NCBI GenBank assembly: GCA_951406725.2
Contig: OX597817.1
Coordinates: 70,122,001 to 70,186,000, forward strand
Direction: 5' to 3'
Origin: Octopus vulgaris
Taxonomy: Eukaryota
DNA length: 64,000 nucleotides
Shown here in pieces: positions 43,048 to 57,475 of the stretch (positions are counted from its first letter, which is position 1; the number at the start of each line of letters is the position of its first letter). Made by a program: the position numbers and the translations under genes. The notes below the pieces were generated by a model that was not told the origin of the DNA, made no database searches, and saw only the letters and a list, made by a program, of their open reading frames with translations.

Positions 43048-43124
<77 letters not shown>

Positions 43125-43848
43125 TGTGTGAGAGAGTGTGTGAAGTGTGTATGTATACATATATGTGTATGTGTGCTTGTGTAAGTGGTGTGAGTGTGTA
43201 TGTGTATGTGCTTGTGTGTATATGCGTGTGCGTGTAGAGGGAGAGAAAGAGAGAGAGCGCGCGATGCTTATTGTTATATGTACATAAATACATTAAATAT
43301 ATTAAGCAAATAATATATTATATACGATTTTCTTTTTGATTGGTTGAATTTTTCCTTTCTTTTCATCACAGAAATTCACCATTGGATCCCGATTGTGTTT
43401 TCCGGCAGAATAAAATAAGCGTTATCTTGGGACAAGCAGAACAAATTTACGGTGGAATCAAAGAGAACTAAGCAGTAAAATTGAATTGTATTCCAAGAGG
43501 TCAGGCGGAAAGTAAAGAGCAAAATACGATTCATAAAAGAAAGGTAATATGTGCATGTGGTGGATGGGGGTGTAAACGAAAAGAAATCTTAAAATATGAC
43601 CTCTTCTGATACCGGCTTATGAAAAGAAGCATGAAAAAAAAAAACTAAAATTTCTAAAACGTATTTGCGTGGTAGACTGCTTAAATGCATGGAACTTTTC
43701 AATGCTGCATGCTATAAATGATATTCGTGTGTGCATGCATGTATGTTATGTCTATATGCATACATGCATATATATATATATTATGTCTATATGCATGTTA
43801 TATAGACATACATATAGACATACATGTTATGTCTATATGCATACATGC

Positions 43849-43881
<33 letters not shown>

Positions 43882-43882
43882 T

Positions 43883-43935
<53 letters not shown>

Positions 43936-44121
43936 TGTGTATATATACATATATGTATATATGTATATGTATCATGCTCATATAACAGTACCTATATCTG
44001 TCTATGTATGCATAAAGGAACACACACACTAATTCATATATGTATATATGTATATACGTACATAAACATATGTATAAGAAGGTAGCAAGTGTGAATTTGT
44101 GTACAAATTCACACACGCACG

Positions 44122-44167
<46 letters not shown>

Positions 44168-45307
44168 TACATACATATATATGTATACACAAATATGTAC
44201 ATATATGCTTACACGTATATACGTATATAAAAGCATACATATATGTGATATATAAAAGTATATATATATGATATATGTCTCTCTCTCTCTTTCTCTCGAT
44301 ATATATATATATATATATAAATAGAAAGAGAGAGAGAGAGATAGAGAGAGAGAGAAAGAAAGAAAGAGAGAGAGGAGGCAGACAGACAGATAGACAGTGG
44401 GAAATGCAGAAAGAAAGTAAAAGAAGGAGAAAAAGACTGAATGAGAGAGTATGGATATGTCTATATGTGCGAAATTCTAAAAGCCAATTTTAAAATCCAT
44501 CTTTGAAAGTATGATTCGCTGTCCAATTGTACACAAGGAAATAACAAAACGCTTTAAGTACACCCTCATCAGTGAATGTCAACCATTATTTGCATTAATG
44601 GCAAAGAAGATATAATATGCATGTGTGTGTGTGTGTGTGTGTGTGCTTAACCTTAGTCTCGGAGTAACAATAGCTCTATCTAACAATAATGTCGGTCCAG
44701 CAATAGTCGTAGCCTAAGAACTACTCCCAAATTAACAACAATCTCGGTTTAAGAATAGCCTTAGTTTCCCTCGTTCTTTGGCGGCTCTTATAAAACAATA
44801 AAACAATCAACTAATTCTAGGATGCCCTGTACTGAGACTACTGTCAAAGCAGAGTCGTTTGCAAATAGTAATTCTCAGAATTTGTTGCCTAGTTTAGGTT
44901 CTGATTCTGCGGAGCTGTGGATCGAACATGTTGTTATTTGTCGTAAACTGGATAGGCACTCTACACCTTCGACAACATTTCTGAACGCAGCTTGCAGAAA
45001 GGCTGAGAAGTAGATTGCAGACAAACCGGAGGATGGGCAATACACAACTGCTGATACCTTCCTTGTAAAGAATGGAACGAAGCAGAACTGTATAACATAC
45101 GCGTATTTTTACATACATAGATAATACATACATACATACATACATACATACATACATACACACATACATACGTACATGCATACATGTAAACATACATACA
45201 TATATACATGCATGCATACAAACATACATACATACATACATACATACATACATACATACATACATACATACATACATACATACATACATACGTGTATGTA
45301 TATGCAA

Positions 45308-45442
45308 GCGCAAGGTGTGACTGTGTGGTAAGAAATTTTCTTCTCAGCCACATGTTTCAGGGTTCAGTCTCCTTACGTGACACCTTCGGAAACTGAAAGA
45401 AGCCCATCATACATACATATGTGCATGTGCATGTGTGTGTGT

Positions 45443-45515
<73 letters not shown>

Positions 45516-45700
45516 TACTGTCTGTCCCACACCACTGCTGGATAACCGGCGTTGGTGTTCTTATGTCTCTGTAACTTAGCGGTTTCGCTATAGAGTTCGA
45601 TATAATATGTACCAAGCTTCAGGAAAAAAAGAAGTACACGGGTCGATTCCTTCGACTAAGCTTCAGTCTCATGACTGAAACAAGTAAAGGGTAAAAGATT
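45308..45700 (+). mobile_element. SINE family A with internal deletions
   Basis: Head and tail match family A. Confidence 0.8.
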
Positions 45701-45714
45701 ATAAATATATATAT

Positions 45715-46069
45715 ATACAAAATAAGAAAATGGAGAAATACATCTAAATCAATTATCAACTACCAGATAATACCCAATCACATAATTTATTAAACCACTA
45801 CATATGTTCATATGTAGTGGTTTAATAAATTATGTGATTGGGTATTATCTGGTAGTTGATAATTGATTTAGATGTATTTCTCTATTTTCTTATTTTGTAT
45901 TATTAATTTGTGGTAAAACATTTTACCTTTGCCCATATAATACTGTAAATGAATTAATTACATCGCAATTCTTAATATTTATGTATTAACTTTGTTGGGT
46001 ACTTCACTAGCAGTATATTGGATATATGTTATCCCATGGAGGGTTGCATTTACAACCCCTATCTCAATT

Positions 46070-46072
<3 letters not shown>
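45715..46072 (+). mobile_element. Fold-back insert with 2-nt loop in (TA)n
   Basis: Arms 45715-45806 / 45809-45900. Confidence 0.8.
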
Positions 46073-46130
<58 letters not shown>

Positions 46131-46134
<4 letters not shown>

Positions 46135-46586
46135 ACAAAGGGTAAAATTAATTAATTAAGAAGTAATCAGTAATTTCACCAAGTAGAATTCGGCATGAAA
46201 AAGACCATTTCATGGTAACCTTAAGTAATACTTTATAATTAGGGTTCAGCAAAGATTTGCTTCACCACATACCGAAGTTTAGAAATAGCAGTCAAAAAAA
46301 TCTTAGCTATTCCTTCTATTTTAAAAGGGGCTCCCAGAAAAACCAAAGTACTTGAAAACAATCCACGCAGGCAAAAGGGGAACATAACGAAAATCAATCG
46401 ATATAACCTAATATCGATTGATTTTCGTTATGTTCCCCTTTTGCTTGCGTGGATTGTTTTCAAGTACTTTGGTTTTTCTGGGAGCCCCTTTTAAAATAGA
46501 AGGAATAGCTAAGATTTTTTGACTGCTATTTCTAAACTTCGGTATGTAGTGAAGCAAATCTTTGCTGAACCCTAATTATAAAGTAT
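46131..46586 (-). mobile_element. Fold-back pLTR-like insert, family 1
   Basis: Arms 46228-46404 / 46411-46586. Shares CACATACCGAA..TTAGAAATAGCAG with the 8.5 and 19.1 kb copies. Confidence 0.8.
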
Positions 46587-46772
46587 ATATATATATATAT
46601 AATATGACAACAAAAGAATGAATGAGACCTCGATATTATGTAAAATAGCGGAATTTATATATAAATATATGTGGTAATTAGTTGGTTGTCATAATAAAAC
46701 TCAGAGTTTCGGATATGTGTGTGTATGCGTGTGTGTGTATAGAAAGAGAGAGATAAATAGATAAACAAATGT

Positions 46773-46994
46773 TTATTTCTTTATTGCCCACAAGGGGCTA
46801 AACATAGAGGGAACAAACAAGGACAGACAAAGTGTTTAAGTCGATTACATCGTAACTGGTATTTATTTAATCGATCCCGAAAGAATGAAAGGCGAAGTCG
46901 ACCTCGATGGAGCTTGAACTCAAAACGTAACAGCAGACGAAATACTACTAATTATTTCGCCCGGCGTGCTAACGATTCTGCCAGCTCGCCGCCC
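46773..46994 (-). mobile_element. SINE family B
   Basis: Reverse-complement match. Confidence 0.85.
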
Positions 46995-47526
46995 TAAGAT
47001 AGGTATACAAATATTGACCAACAGATGTTTAAGTAGACATTGATCTCACCAGTCGATAGGAGAAAAGGGTGGGGCTGATAATGGGCCCCAGCCCCACAGC
47101 CACTGACTAATTTGTAATAACAACAGATGTTGCGCCAGTTGCGTGCAAAGTCAAGGTGTACTGTCTTCGATCAGAACTGATTTGGAGTTAAGCTGTAGGA
47201 ACAAGAACACCTGATTTCTCGACAAAAAATAGCAGTCCCTTGCAGTTCACACCCAACCGGCTTTAAAAATTGTAAAAACACATATGATGATGTGACATTG
47301 AATTATCTGCACATCGGGAAAAGATAGGTTGGTCTCAGCTGGAATGCTTATGATCATTGGTCAGCTCGCTCAGGGTAGACCTGGGCCTAAACAACGTGTT
47401 CAAAGTGGTTACATAGTTAATAATTATTTCTTATATGAGTCAAGTTTTGCTACTTTTGAAGATAACCAAGATAGTTTTCTTTTGTGGTTTGTTATTTCAT
47501 TGTTCTCTTTTGGAATAATATAAATG

Positions 47527-47569
<43 letters not shown>

Positions 47570-47694
47570 TTGGCAAGAAAGAAAATGGTGCAACCAATTT
47601 ACGACATGTGCAATACAAACCAAAATCTTCTGACTAGATTCAGATTAACGTAGATTTCTGATTTAATTGCACTCATCTCTTTTGGTTTTCCGTT

Positions 47695-47857
<163 letters not shown>

Positions 47858-47949
47858 TTGAGACGGTGAGCTTGTAAAAGCTTTACCGCGCCAGTGAAAT
47901 GCTAAGTAGCATTTCTCCTTTCGTCTTTTAAGAGTCTGTATTTCTTTAT

Positions 47950-49791
47950 CTTATTATTTTGCTGGCACATGTTATACCGATACTATACCAAAAGAGCGAG
48001 CCGTATCCAATGGCCAAAGCTCCTTTGGGTCATTCCTTCTCTTTCAACTTCCACACATCTTCCTTAGAATCTTTACTGTTCCTAACGGTTGTTTTATCGT
48101 TACAATCCCGTCCTGGTGGTAATTCCTAGTTCCTCAAGCCTGCATCCAACCTTTTACCAACCGCTCCCAGTGCACCATCCACAATTGGTTCCTCTTCTAA
48201 GTATTTGCTTCTTCGTGGTTTCATGAAAACTCTTAGCTTATTTTGCTGGGTATGATGGAAAGGTGAGACTTGTTTACTGATCATGCTTCAAGAACCCTGA
48301 CGAGAAGTCTTGTAATTCAAAGCAACAATGATTTTTTTTTAGGTGTTCTATCTTAACATTTGCTCCAATCTTTTTGAGCCACGTTAGTAGTTGTATACTG
48401 ATACTTCCAAGCATGCCAATCACAACTGGTATCACGTCCACTTTCTTCATTTCACACAAACTGCGTATTTCCCACTTCAAATCAACATTGTTGTTCACTT
48501 TTTCTTCTTTCTGTTGTCACCAGAACATGCTATGTCGATTAACATGCAAGATTTCTTTCATTTTTTTTTTCACCACAACAATGCCAGATTTCCAATGTTT
48601 AATCTGATAGTCACAGTGAATCATTGCATCCCACAGGATTTTGCAATCTTCATTCTCAGAAATTTATTCTGGGATTTGGTCATACCGCAATTTTGCTCAT
48701 TGAAGGCCGTAATGTCCACAGAACTCCCGCTTGGGTCATTCTTGCCACAATAGTATGCCATCTTTTGTATTCAGGCTGTGCCAATTTCGAGCATTCACTA
48801 ACAAAGTGCCACACTGTTTCACCCCTCTCACCATACAATCTATATCTGTTGCTTTCAGTTGTGTTATCAATTCTGCACTTCATATAGTTTGTCCTCGGTG
48901 CTTATTCTTGTGCAGCACTTACAAGTGCTTTTGTCTCTATCTTCTGTATCTCTCTTTGTATTCGTATCTCTTGCAATGTGATTGTACATTTTTCCCTTCT
49001 CCATGTCATTTCTTCTTTCGTGTTACTTTCTGCTTTAAATTTCTCTTTCTTAATAAAATTATCAGTTCTGAAGACGCCGGACTATGTCACATGCATCAAC
49101 AATGGTTCCACACCATTTTTTTTTTTTTTTTGCATAAACTGCTTCCCTCTTTCTTCTGGTTGAACACAATCCTAACAGCTGATCGAACCTCCCCCATCCT
49201 TTCTTCTGGACAAATACAACTTATCAGTGTCACTTTTAGGATGGGATGTTCCGTGCAATGTCATTAGTTTCTATGTCTTCGTATCCATATTCATCAGTTC
49301 TTTCTTTTTCCAATTTATGATTCCAGTTCCATACCGAAATGATGCTATCGTCCTTACTTACTGCTTGGATTTGATTTTATCCAGTCAATTTTGAGCGCAA
49401 CACCAATATTTGTCTTCGGGAATATTCTTTCCTCAGCTTTCTTTCATTTCCTTCTTCATGATTTCATTGAGCTTTGGTATGCCTAGGTATTTATAGCCTT
49501 ACTTTTCAATTTGTTTCATCACTTCCTTATTTAATAACTCTATCCATCCCTCTATCCATCTTCAAATCAGCACTAAAACAGTGGAGTGTGTTCACCAAGG
49601 AACTCACTTGTACTTCATCCTTGCCATACAGCTTCATCTATGAAAAGGAGGTAGCTGATTCTTTGAGTTTTTCCTTGAACTGATATTCCAGGTTCACTTT
49701 TCTCTGCAGCAAGATCAGAAGGATAGTGCACAGTACGAAAAGCAACGGAGATAAGCTTATCTCCTTGGAAAATCCCTCTCTTGATTGTCAC
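47950..49791 (-). mobile_element. Degraded R4/Dong-like restriction-endonuclease LINE fragment(s)
   Basis: IKRGIFQGD (RT), ETVWHFVSECSKLAQPEYKRWH (zinc knuckle region) and VIPVVIGMLGSI (RLE end). A second PIVDGALGAV fragment lies near 48170. Confidence 0.8.
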
Positions 49792-51118
49792 TGATACAAC
49801 GAGTGTGTACACTGGGAAAAGAAACGGCATAGCCACACAGTTGCAAAGACTGTTTGCTCAAAAGGGTTTGAAAGAACCTCAATTTATTGGTTGTTAGCAT
49901 CATATCCTTGATAGAGTTCTTCGTGTTGTAAAGGATAACGAATTTGGAGAAAAAAATTCATCTCCCAATATTGAATATACATTCATCCCAGAGCTTCTAA
50001 GTAATTACGAAGAACTCCAGGCTAATTTCAACAATGGAGAAGAAAATATTACTGAATCAGCAGAATGGCGAGATGACATGAAATTTCTATTTCATTTGAC
50101 CAGAGTGTTTCGTTTCTTTGAAGAAACCAACAAATTTCCTACTGTAAAGTTTCAAGAAATACCCAACTTAAGTAATGCTAGATGGAATTCTTGAGCAATA
50201 CTAGCTCTTTTGGCATTTATTCTTCTACCAGAGAAAAGAGTTTTGCTTAATGTTTTTCGATTCATCTCTTACAGCTAAACAGATATTTCGTTCACTGACC
50301 AAATGTTCGATGCACATGATTATCAGAAGTTATTTGGTAGCCTGCAAGCTCATAAAAAAGCATTGAACTCTGTAAAAAACTTTTGAAGTCGAGAACCATA
50401 AAAATTGGAAATTCCCAGAACAAATCAGAGTGCAGAACGGGCAGTCAAGTGCCTTCAAGATCATTATGATGTTTGTAAAAAGAAGGAGAAACTTCAGCTT
50501 CGATTTATTTTATCTAACAAAACATATTAATTCTTTGTTATGTTTAAAAATGTGCTAATATTCAGCACCATTTTTCTTATACAGTTATTTAAAATTGGAA
50601 ATAAACCTATAAAGTTAAAAATATGTTGTTTTTTTTAATTTTGTATGTTATCGAATGCTTTTAGTGGCCTCTGTCTTAAAATAGCCTAGTTCTGAATCTT
50701 TGCATAGAGCAATTTCAATTCAGTAGTCTTTAAAATGTATAAATACACTTTTATTCCATATCTTTCTTGCGTTTACAAGGATTTAGGGAGCGGAAATACT
50801 GTAGTGTGAATCTTGTGCCATCTAGTGATTATAGTTTTAAAAGCTCGTAACTCCGAAACTACTTAAACTAGAAAGCTGAAATTTTAGATATCCTATTTCT
50901 GCATTACGTTGAATCAGCACACCAAGTTTGTAAAAGAAAATTGAGTAGGCGTTATGAATTTTGCATGATTTAGGTTAAAAGTGGTGATTGATTTCTTAAG
51001 CTGGGGGTGTCGATTTTTTGTTCAAATAAAACAAAATAAATCTTAGTTTCCTGAGTTTTATGAAAATATTCATCGAATTACTGTATAGGGTTATTAGGTT
51101 GAGAAAAAGTCATAACCC
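49785..51118 (+). mobile_element. hAT-superfamily (hATm-like) DNA transposon, 3' part
   Basis: DTTSVYTGKRNG, GC*HHILD, NARWNS and TNQSAERAVK, with a stop at 50530. The right end is approximate. Confidence 0.65.
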
Positions 51119-51361
51119 ATATATATATATATAAACTTTTTTGTGTTTAATTTTAATAAAAGCAATTAGGTAGACATAATTCGCCCCTGCCTTTCAATCT
51201 CAGTATTAGAACTACGCATAGTACTGCTGTAGTGCACTTGCTGTGTACATTCCTACAACAACGTTTTCTTTACGCGCTATAATGGTAGAATTAAATCTGC
51301 CTCCAACACAGTAAAGTTTATTCTTAAAAAAGAATATTGTCTTCGTAGTTTCGGCCAAACA

Positions 51362-51435
<74 letters not shown>

Positions 51436-51933
51436 GACAAAATTTTAGAAAACCCACGTACATGTATACATACATGATTACATTCTCCACTGTTGTGTTC
51501 TTCCCTAAATTGTTGAAAAAAAATTGAAGTTTATAGAATAATGGAACAAAAAAAAGGAAAATAAAAAAGGGCTGGTTTCTGACAGATTTTTCTGCTCTGT
51601 AAGGATTTTATCCTATATATGCTATTCTATCAGGACTTACGCGTTGAAAAAATATATCTTTCTACTTGTATTAGTGAAGTAATTGTTATGCATATATAAA
51701 CAGAATGAGATAACATATTTAGATTGGTGAGTGGAAGTGATAAAGAAGTGAATCTATGTTTAAAGATATGGACGGTAAGAAGGAAAGAAGGGGTTCGTGG
51801 AAATGGACGGCTGTAGAGAGAAAGAACTGTAAGTTTTGAGTAAAGATAGAGCTCAGAATGAATATCAAAAACATTTTAATTAAATATACTTACATTGAAA
51901 TATTTAAAACTTTTACTAAAATTTAAGTGATCT

Positions 51934-52035
<102 letters not shown>

Positions 52036-52057
52036 GTATATGTGTGTGTGTGTGTGT

Positions 52058-52340
52058 ACAGAGTTCAAATTGGCAGAAAAAAGGAAGGAAACTGGTGAGG
52101 GAACAACAACCTTGTGTATTAGTTTGATGCTCGGGAAGAATGGAAAGGTCTTTTACGTTTCGATCCTACGCTCAGAAAAGAATGAGAAGGGAAAAATGGA
52201 AAGAGAACGAAAAAATGGAGAGAGAAAAAATGTGCACGAATTACAGCAAGTTTGCGAAGAAAAACATTTATTGTTTATCATCATTGCGAAGGTTTACCAG
52301 ATGTTTACAGTCGCTGATAGCGTGATCATTTGTAGCAAAT
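52058..52340 (-). mobile_element. Old PLE pLTR remnant related to 663-850, hammerhead core partly deleted
   Basis: TATTAGTTTGATGCTCGGGAAGAATGGAAAGG..TACGTTTCGA..GCTC aligns with 741-796. Confidence 0.5.
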
Positions 52341-54445
52341 GAAGTAAGGAATTGCATTCTCTTCCCAAGACTCTAAGTTGAGCCATACTTTGCTTCAAGT
52401 GGGTTGGTACGTATTTTTTGTTTCAATAATAATAGGTACAAAGCTGAAAGTGTATCTTGAGTACTGGGTTTGCAAGCTCTTAGTCAATGGTCCATAGACA
52501 TAATCTTTTTTCCTATATTTTATGATGACATATGTGTTCAAAGCTGATTTCCACAACAAAGCAATCTTTTTAATTATCTTCATTTTGTATGTATGTATAT
52601 ATGTGTGTGTATACAATGCCTTACTATTAGTAAGATAAAAACGTTCCGGAAGACACCAAAACAGAAAACGTTTATACGTGATCCTTCTACTTGCAAGAAA
52701 TAACAACAAAATTTCCCCTTTCAAACACATTTTATCGTCTTAAAAAGACGGATAAAGCAACTCCAGGAAAAAACTAAAACTATGCTTCTATGAAAAGGAG
52801 ATGGTCACGGCTGGAAGACCTTTAATCGGTGATCTGATTATCAGGAAAAATAGCAAAAACCAATATATTTAATATTGCGTATTTAATTTACTATCAATGT
52901 ATGTATATTTATTTGTTTGCTCATTTTTTTGCTATCAATTTGTAATTTTATCGTTTGTAATAAATTTAATACTGAAATATAGACAATTTATATTAAGAAA
53001 ATCCATTATTGCAAACTCTAATTTAATAACGTAAAAATAAATTTTGTGCAATTGTTTGTGTCGACTGAAACTTATCATTTAATGTCTTTTGCATTTACTG
53101 ACAGACGAAAGTACGGGAAAAACAATCTGTTTTTACTCTACGAACTCCTAAATGTAATTAGAAAAGCTTGAGAAGGAACGAACAAAATTTATTTGTTTAG
53201 AACCTGACACAAACAACTGACAATGCGAAAATGCTAATAATAAAATAAATACATTTGGCAGTCATATAAAATGCCTACTTATCTTGCTTTATCTTATAGC
53301 AGCCGTCACAGTATAGATTTATAGAATGTCTTCCAAAATTGAAATAACCTATCAGAATTCTCAAATGTTCATCATTTGATGGACATTGCACCTGTAACCA
53401 TCGCGTCTCCTTTCACGGTATATTATATTCTGGGCATTTTGCCCAGTATATTTATTAAATTTTAAGCTAGTAGAATAAAATTTAAGAGTTGTTGCTGCTA
53501 TTTATAGCAGATCGAGCAACAGTCATCTTAAGACGTTCAGATATACTTACAACATTCTAAAATCATTAACTCTTCTACTCCGTCCAAAGAAATATTTTCA
53601 GAAACTTGACCCACCAGATAAGTAGCAGTCCCAAGGCTTCATTAGTCTCGCCTTCCCCTATCTGATCTGAAATAGCAACTGTCACCTGATTGAGTCCCTC
53701 TCACTCTTTCTCTACTGTGGCCACCGCCATAAAGAAGTCTTTAGTCCGTTCTGTGTTGCACTATGCATTGTTTCATTCACGTCCATCATAAACATATCTA
53801 CGTCGGAAAAAGTCTTTGTGGAGTTTTTGAACAATTTCTATAGCCAGCTAGTAATCTTTTGGGGGTGGGGAGAAATGGTTTCTGTCCCAAAATCAATCCT
53901 CTGATTTTATTCACGCTCGGGAGAAGATGAAATTCTCTTTTTAAAGACAACAGCAAGGTTGTGATCAACCGATCACTACGACAAAGGCGTAACAGAGCGA
54001 GGTGTACGCACCTTTAAAAATAAAGAATACAAGTGAAACATTCCAATAAAAACAGCAATCCGGTATAGATACAATAGGTCAGATGTACTTTTGATTAGAG
54101 AGTAAAAGTCATACAGTATTGTGGAAATCAGCTATCCACTGGATATAAATATCTCTTTAAGATTTAGATAAAAGAATGTTTATGGAGAACCAAGAAAACA
54201 CTTACAGCTCTTCTAGCCAAGGTTATTAGTTTTTCATTCGTCCTTATAATCATAGGTTCACTGGGATATGTAACAATATATTCGCCTACAAAAGCCTACA
54301 AATACTGTAGTTCTTTAAGAGAGAACAAAGGACTTTTATTCGCATCCTTCAAACACTATCGTTTAGTAGTACAGGGAAATTTTGTTCAACGTTTCAAATA
54401 TTCTCCATTTGACTCTCCTCTTGGACAAAATACATACGCACACAG

Positions 54446-54494
<49 letters not shown>

Positions 54495-55127
54495 AATTTA
54501 TCATACAAACACATAAAGAGAAGCGAAGCTCAGACACAGAAGAGTACTAAAGTGTGTCATGCACACTTATCATATGACTACAAATTTATCTACACGTGTA
54601 CTAATTTCATGTATTGATAGACCAGAAGAGCTGTCTCTACTTAAACAGAAAGCACTTCTCACTTTGAAGTGGCCGGCTTGAATACTGCAGAGGGAAAAAT
54701 ACACCTGTCGTTATATTTCTGGATGGTCATTCTTTTTTCTTGCTTTATAAACACACATACTATATTTTCGTTGCTTCCTCCTGGAGGAGTCACGTAGGAT
54801 GGAGAGTCGCCGAAGAGGTCACAGGTGTTTGACGAAAGATTTTCAGCCAATGGACATAAGATAAAAAAGAACAATAATGATCGAGTGAAGAACGAATATA
54901 TAGTGCGTGTGTTTATTTGGCAAGAAGAAAATGACCGTCCCAAAATATAATAATATCTGTTTCGACGCACAATTTCAGATCAGGAATATTGGAAAGCAAA
55001 TGCACAAACGAAAAATACATCCATAAATATATAGATATATGTACCTATATATAAACTTAGGTGGGTACGTAAATGCTCACATTCAATACATACATTCAAA
55101 CATTTATAATATATAAATACATATATA

Positions 55128-55520
55128 GACGCAGGAGTGGATGTGTGGTAAGGAGCTTGTTTACCAACCACATGGTTCCGGGTTCAGTCCCACTGCGTGG
55201 CACCTTGGGCAAGTGTTTTCTACTGTAGCCTCGGGCCGACCAAAGCCTTGTGAGTGGATTTGGTAGACGGAAACTGAAACAAGCATATATATATATATGC
55301 GTGTGTGTGTTTGTGTGTCTGTGTTTGTCCCCCTAGCATTGCTTGACAACCGATGCTGGTGTGTTTATGTCCCCGTTACTTAGCGGTTCGGCAAAAGAGA
55401 CCGATAGAATAAGTACTGGGCTTACAAAAGAATAAGTCCCGGGGTTGAGTTGCTCGATTAAAGACGGTGCTCCAGCATGGCCGCAGTCAAATGACTGAAG
55501 CAAGTAAAAGAGTAAAAGAG
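55128..55520 (+). mobile_element. SINE family A
   Basis: Full-length match to 13190-13600. Confidence 0.9.
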
Positions 55521-55565
55521 TATACATACATACATACATACATACATACATACATACATACATAC

Positions 55566-56531
55566 CAAGTGTCGAAGTGCATTCCTTAACCAAGTTTGCA
55601 TACATGAGGCTGATAACATCATTAGACTTGGAAGGCAGCTCCTTGAGCAACATTCTTTATCAGATAACCTAGAATATATGCCCAAAAAAGTCGCAAGACT
55701 CTACCTCAATGTATCATTAGATGAAAGGATGAGCCTATATGAGCAGAAGATTATACATGGATATGTTAGTAGAAAGCCCCAAGATGATAGTAACATTGAT
55801 CATCAAAACAGTCTATCATGAACCAGTAGCCGGATTACTACCTCCCACTTTGAAGGGTATGCGTTTGCAATCCAGGAACAGGAAATATCAACCAAGTACC
55901 TGATGCACAAAAGGGACAGAGATGCAGGAAAAGCTGTAAAAGGTGGCAACCGATGCACACTTCGTGTAGTTAATACCGAAGATATTACCCACATAATAAG
56001 CAGTTGTCCGAAAATGTCATAACGGTATTATCTACCGATGAGACATGTCGTTGTAGCTAGGACACTCTATAATGAAATCCGTCGGTAGGATAACCCCGAG
56101 GACAAAGAAATAAGAACCTACAGTATTGTAGAAGCCATAGCCACTCATAATAAAAAGGAGTACTGATGGAGTGTTCCAATAAAATAGAATGTTCCTCAAT
56201 ACAATGTAAGCAACAGGCCTGATATAATGATTTAGGACAGAGAAAAGAAGCTACGTACAATTGTGGAAATTAGCTACCCAGCGGATGTTAACATAAAGCT
56301 GAAGATCAATGAAGATGAGAATATCTACGCTGAACTATTGAGTAATTTGCAGTTACTCTATCCAGATTACAAGTTCAGGTTTATACCTGTAATTATTGGG
56401 GCACTGATATATGTAACACACTGCCTAAATACCAGTCTGGAGAAGTTAGGCTTCTGAAAACCAGACAGGAGAAAGCTAATTCGAAGACTACGGATCCTAT
56501 CTATCATTGGAACTGTAAAAATCGGTAAAAC
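55566..56531 (+). mobile_element. R4/Dong-like RLE LINE fragment within (TACA)n
   Basis: FEGYAFAIQEQEISTKY, EDITHIISSCPKM, PDIMI..IVEISYPAD and FIPVIIGAL. (TACA)n lies on both sides. Confidence 0.85.
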
Positions 56532-56580
56532 ATACATACATACGTACGTACATACATACATACATACATACATACATACA

Positions 56581-56611
<31 letters not shown>

Positions 56612-56627
56612 TTTTATATATATATAT

Positions 56628-57474
56628 AAAAAATACAAAAATGGGATAAGAACGCAAAAAACATCCGGACAGACGATACAAAGAAAACAAGGACGGGTCA
56701 TTCGGAGTTTTCTTTCCTCGGTCGAGTTCCAGATTATCTTTGTAATTTCGGCTGGTTATACTCGAGATTGCTCCAATCTGGCCAGCCCCAAGGAAAAACT
56801 AAGCTAAAAGCATTAGATTCCTTGGAAGAAAGTAGCGAATGTATACGAAAACAAGATCAGAAAAAAAACAGAGAAATGGTACACAAATACATATAACAGG
56901 ATATTAACAACGGGTATCTTTCGACTAAGGACGAATTAAATTAAGCTGGACATAAGATTTGACAGACACAGGGAGGAATATAGATGTTGTACGGATGGTA
57001 GTCGAACCAAGAAAGAAAGGTCAGGCTTGGCCGAACACTGATCACGTGGGGAGAGAAGAGAGAGAGGTAGAGTCAGAAGGATAGAAAAATTAAGGAGGGG
57101 CGAGAAAAAAATGAAAGGGACAGAGTGAAGTAAAAGAGGAGGGAAGTTGAGCATGAAGAGAAGGCCAAGAAATGTGAGAGAAGGGAAACAAAAGAACGTA
57201 GAGTGGAATGAACGAAGTAAGTGTGAAGAAGCTGATAGAAAGAAAGAAAGAATGAAAGAATAGAACGATTGATAGAGTCGTACAAGATTTAGATACATAT
57301 TTACTTACATACAAGAGACAAGTGTACGTACGCCGCTATATTTTTTATATATATAAAATACAAAATGGGACAAGAACGCAAAACATCCAGGCAGGTGATA
57401 CAGAAAAGGTACAACAAAACATCCAGACAGACGATACAAAGAAAACAAGGACGGGTCATTCGGTGTTTTCTTTC
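56628..57474 (-). mobile_element. Non-coding partial-tandem element, homologue of the 14.6 and 35 kb elements
   Basis: Direct repeat ~56628-56716 / ~57355-57474. Shared GGCG..ACGTA, TACGACTCT and CACGTGA motifs. Confidence 0.75.
56699..56841 (-). ncRNA. Candidate rearranged (pseudoknotted) hammerhead ribozyme
   Basis: GGCUGG-CCAGAUU..GCAAU-C-UCGAGU-AUAA-CCAGCC-GAAAUUAC..AAUCUGG-A-ACUCGA-CCGAGGA. Confidence 0.6.
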
Positions 57475-57475
57475 G

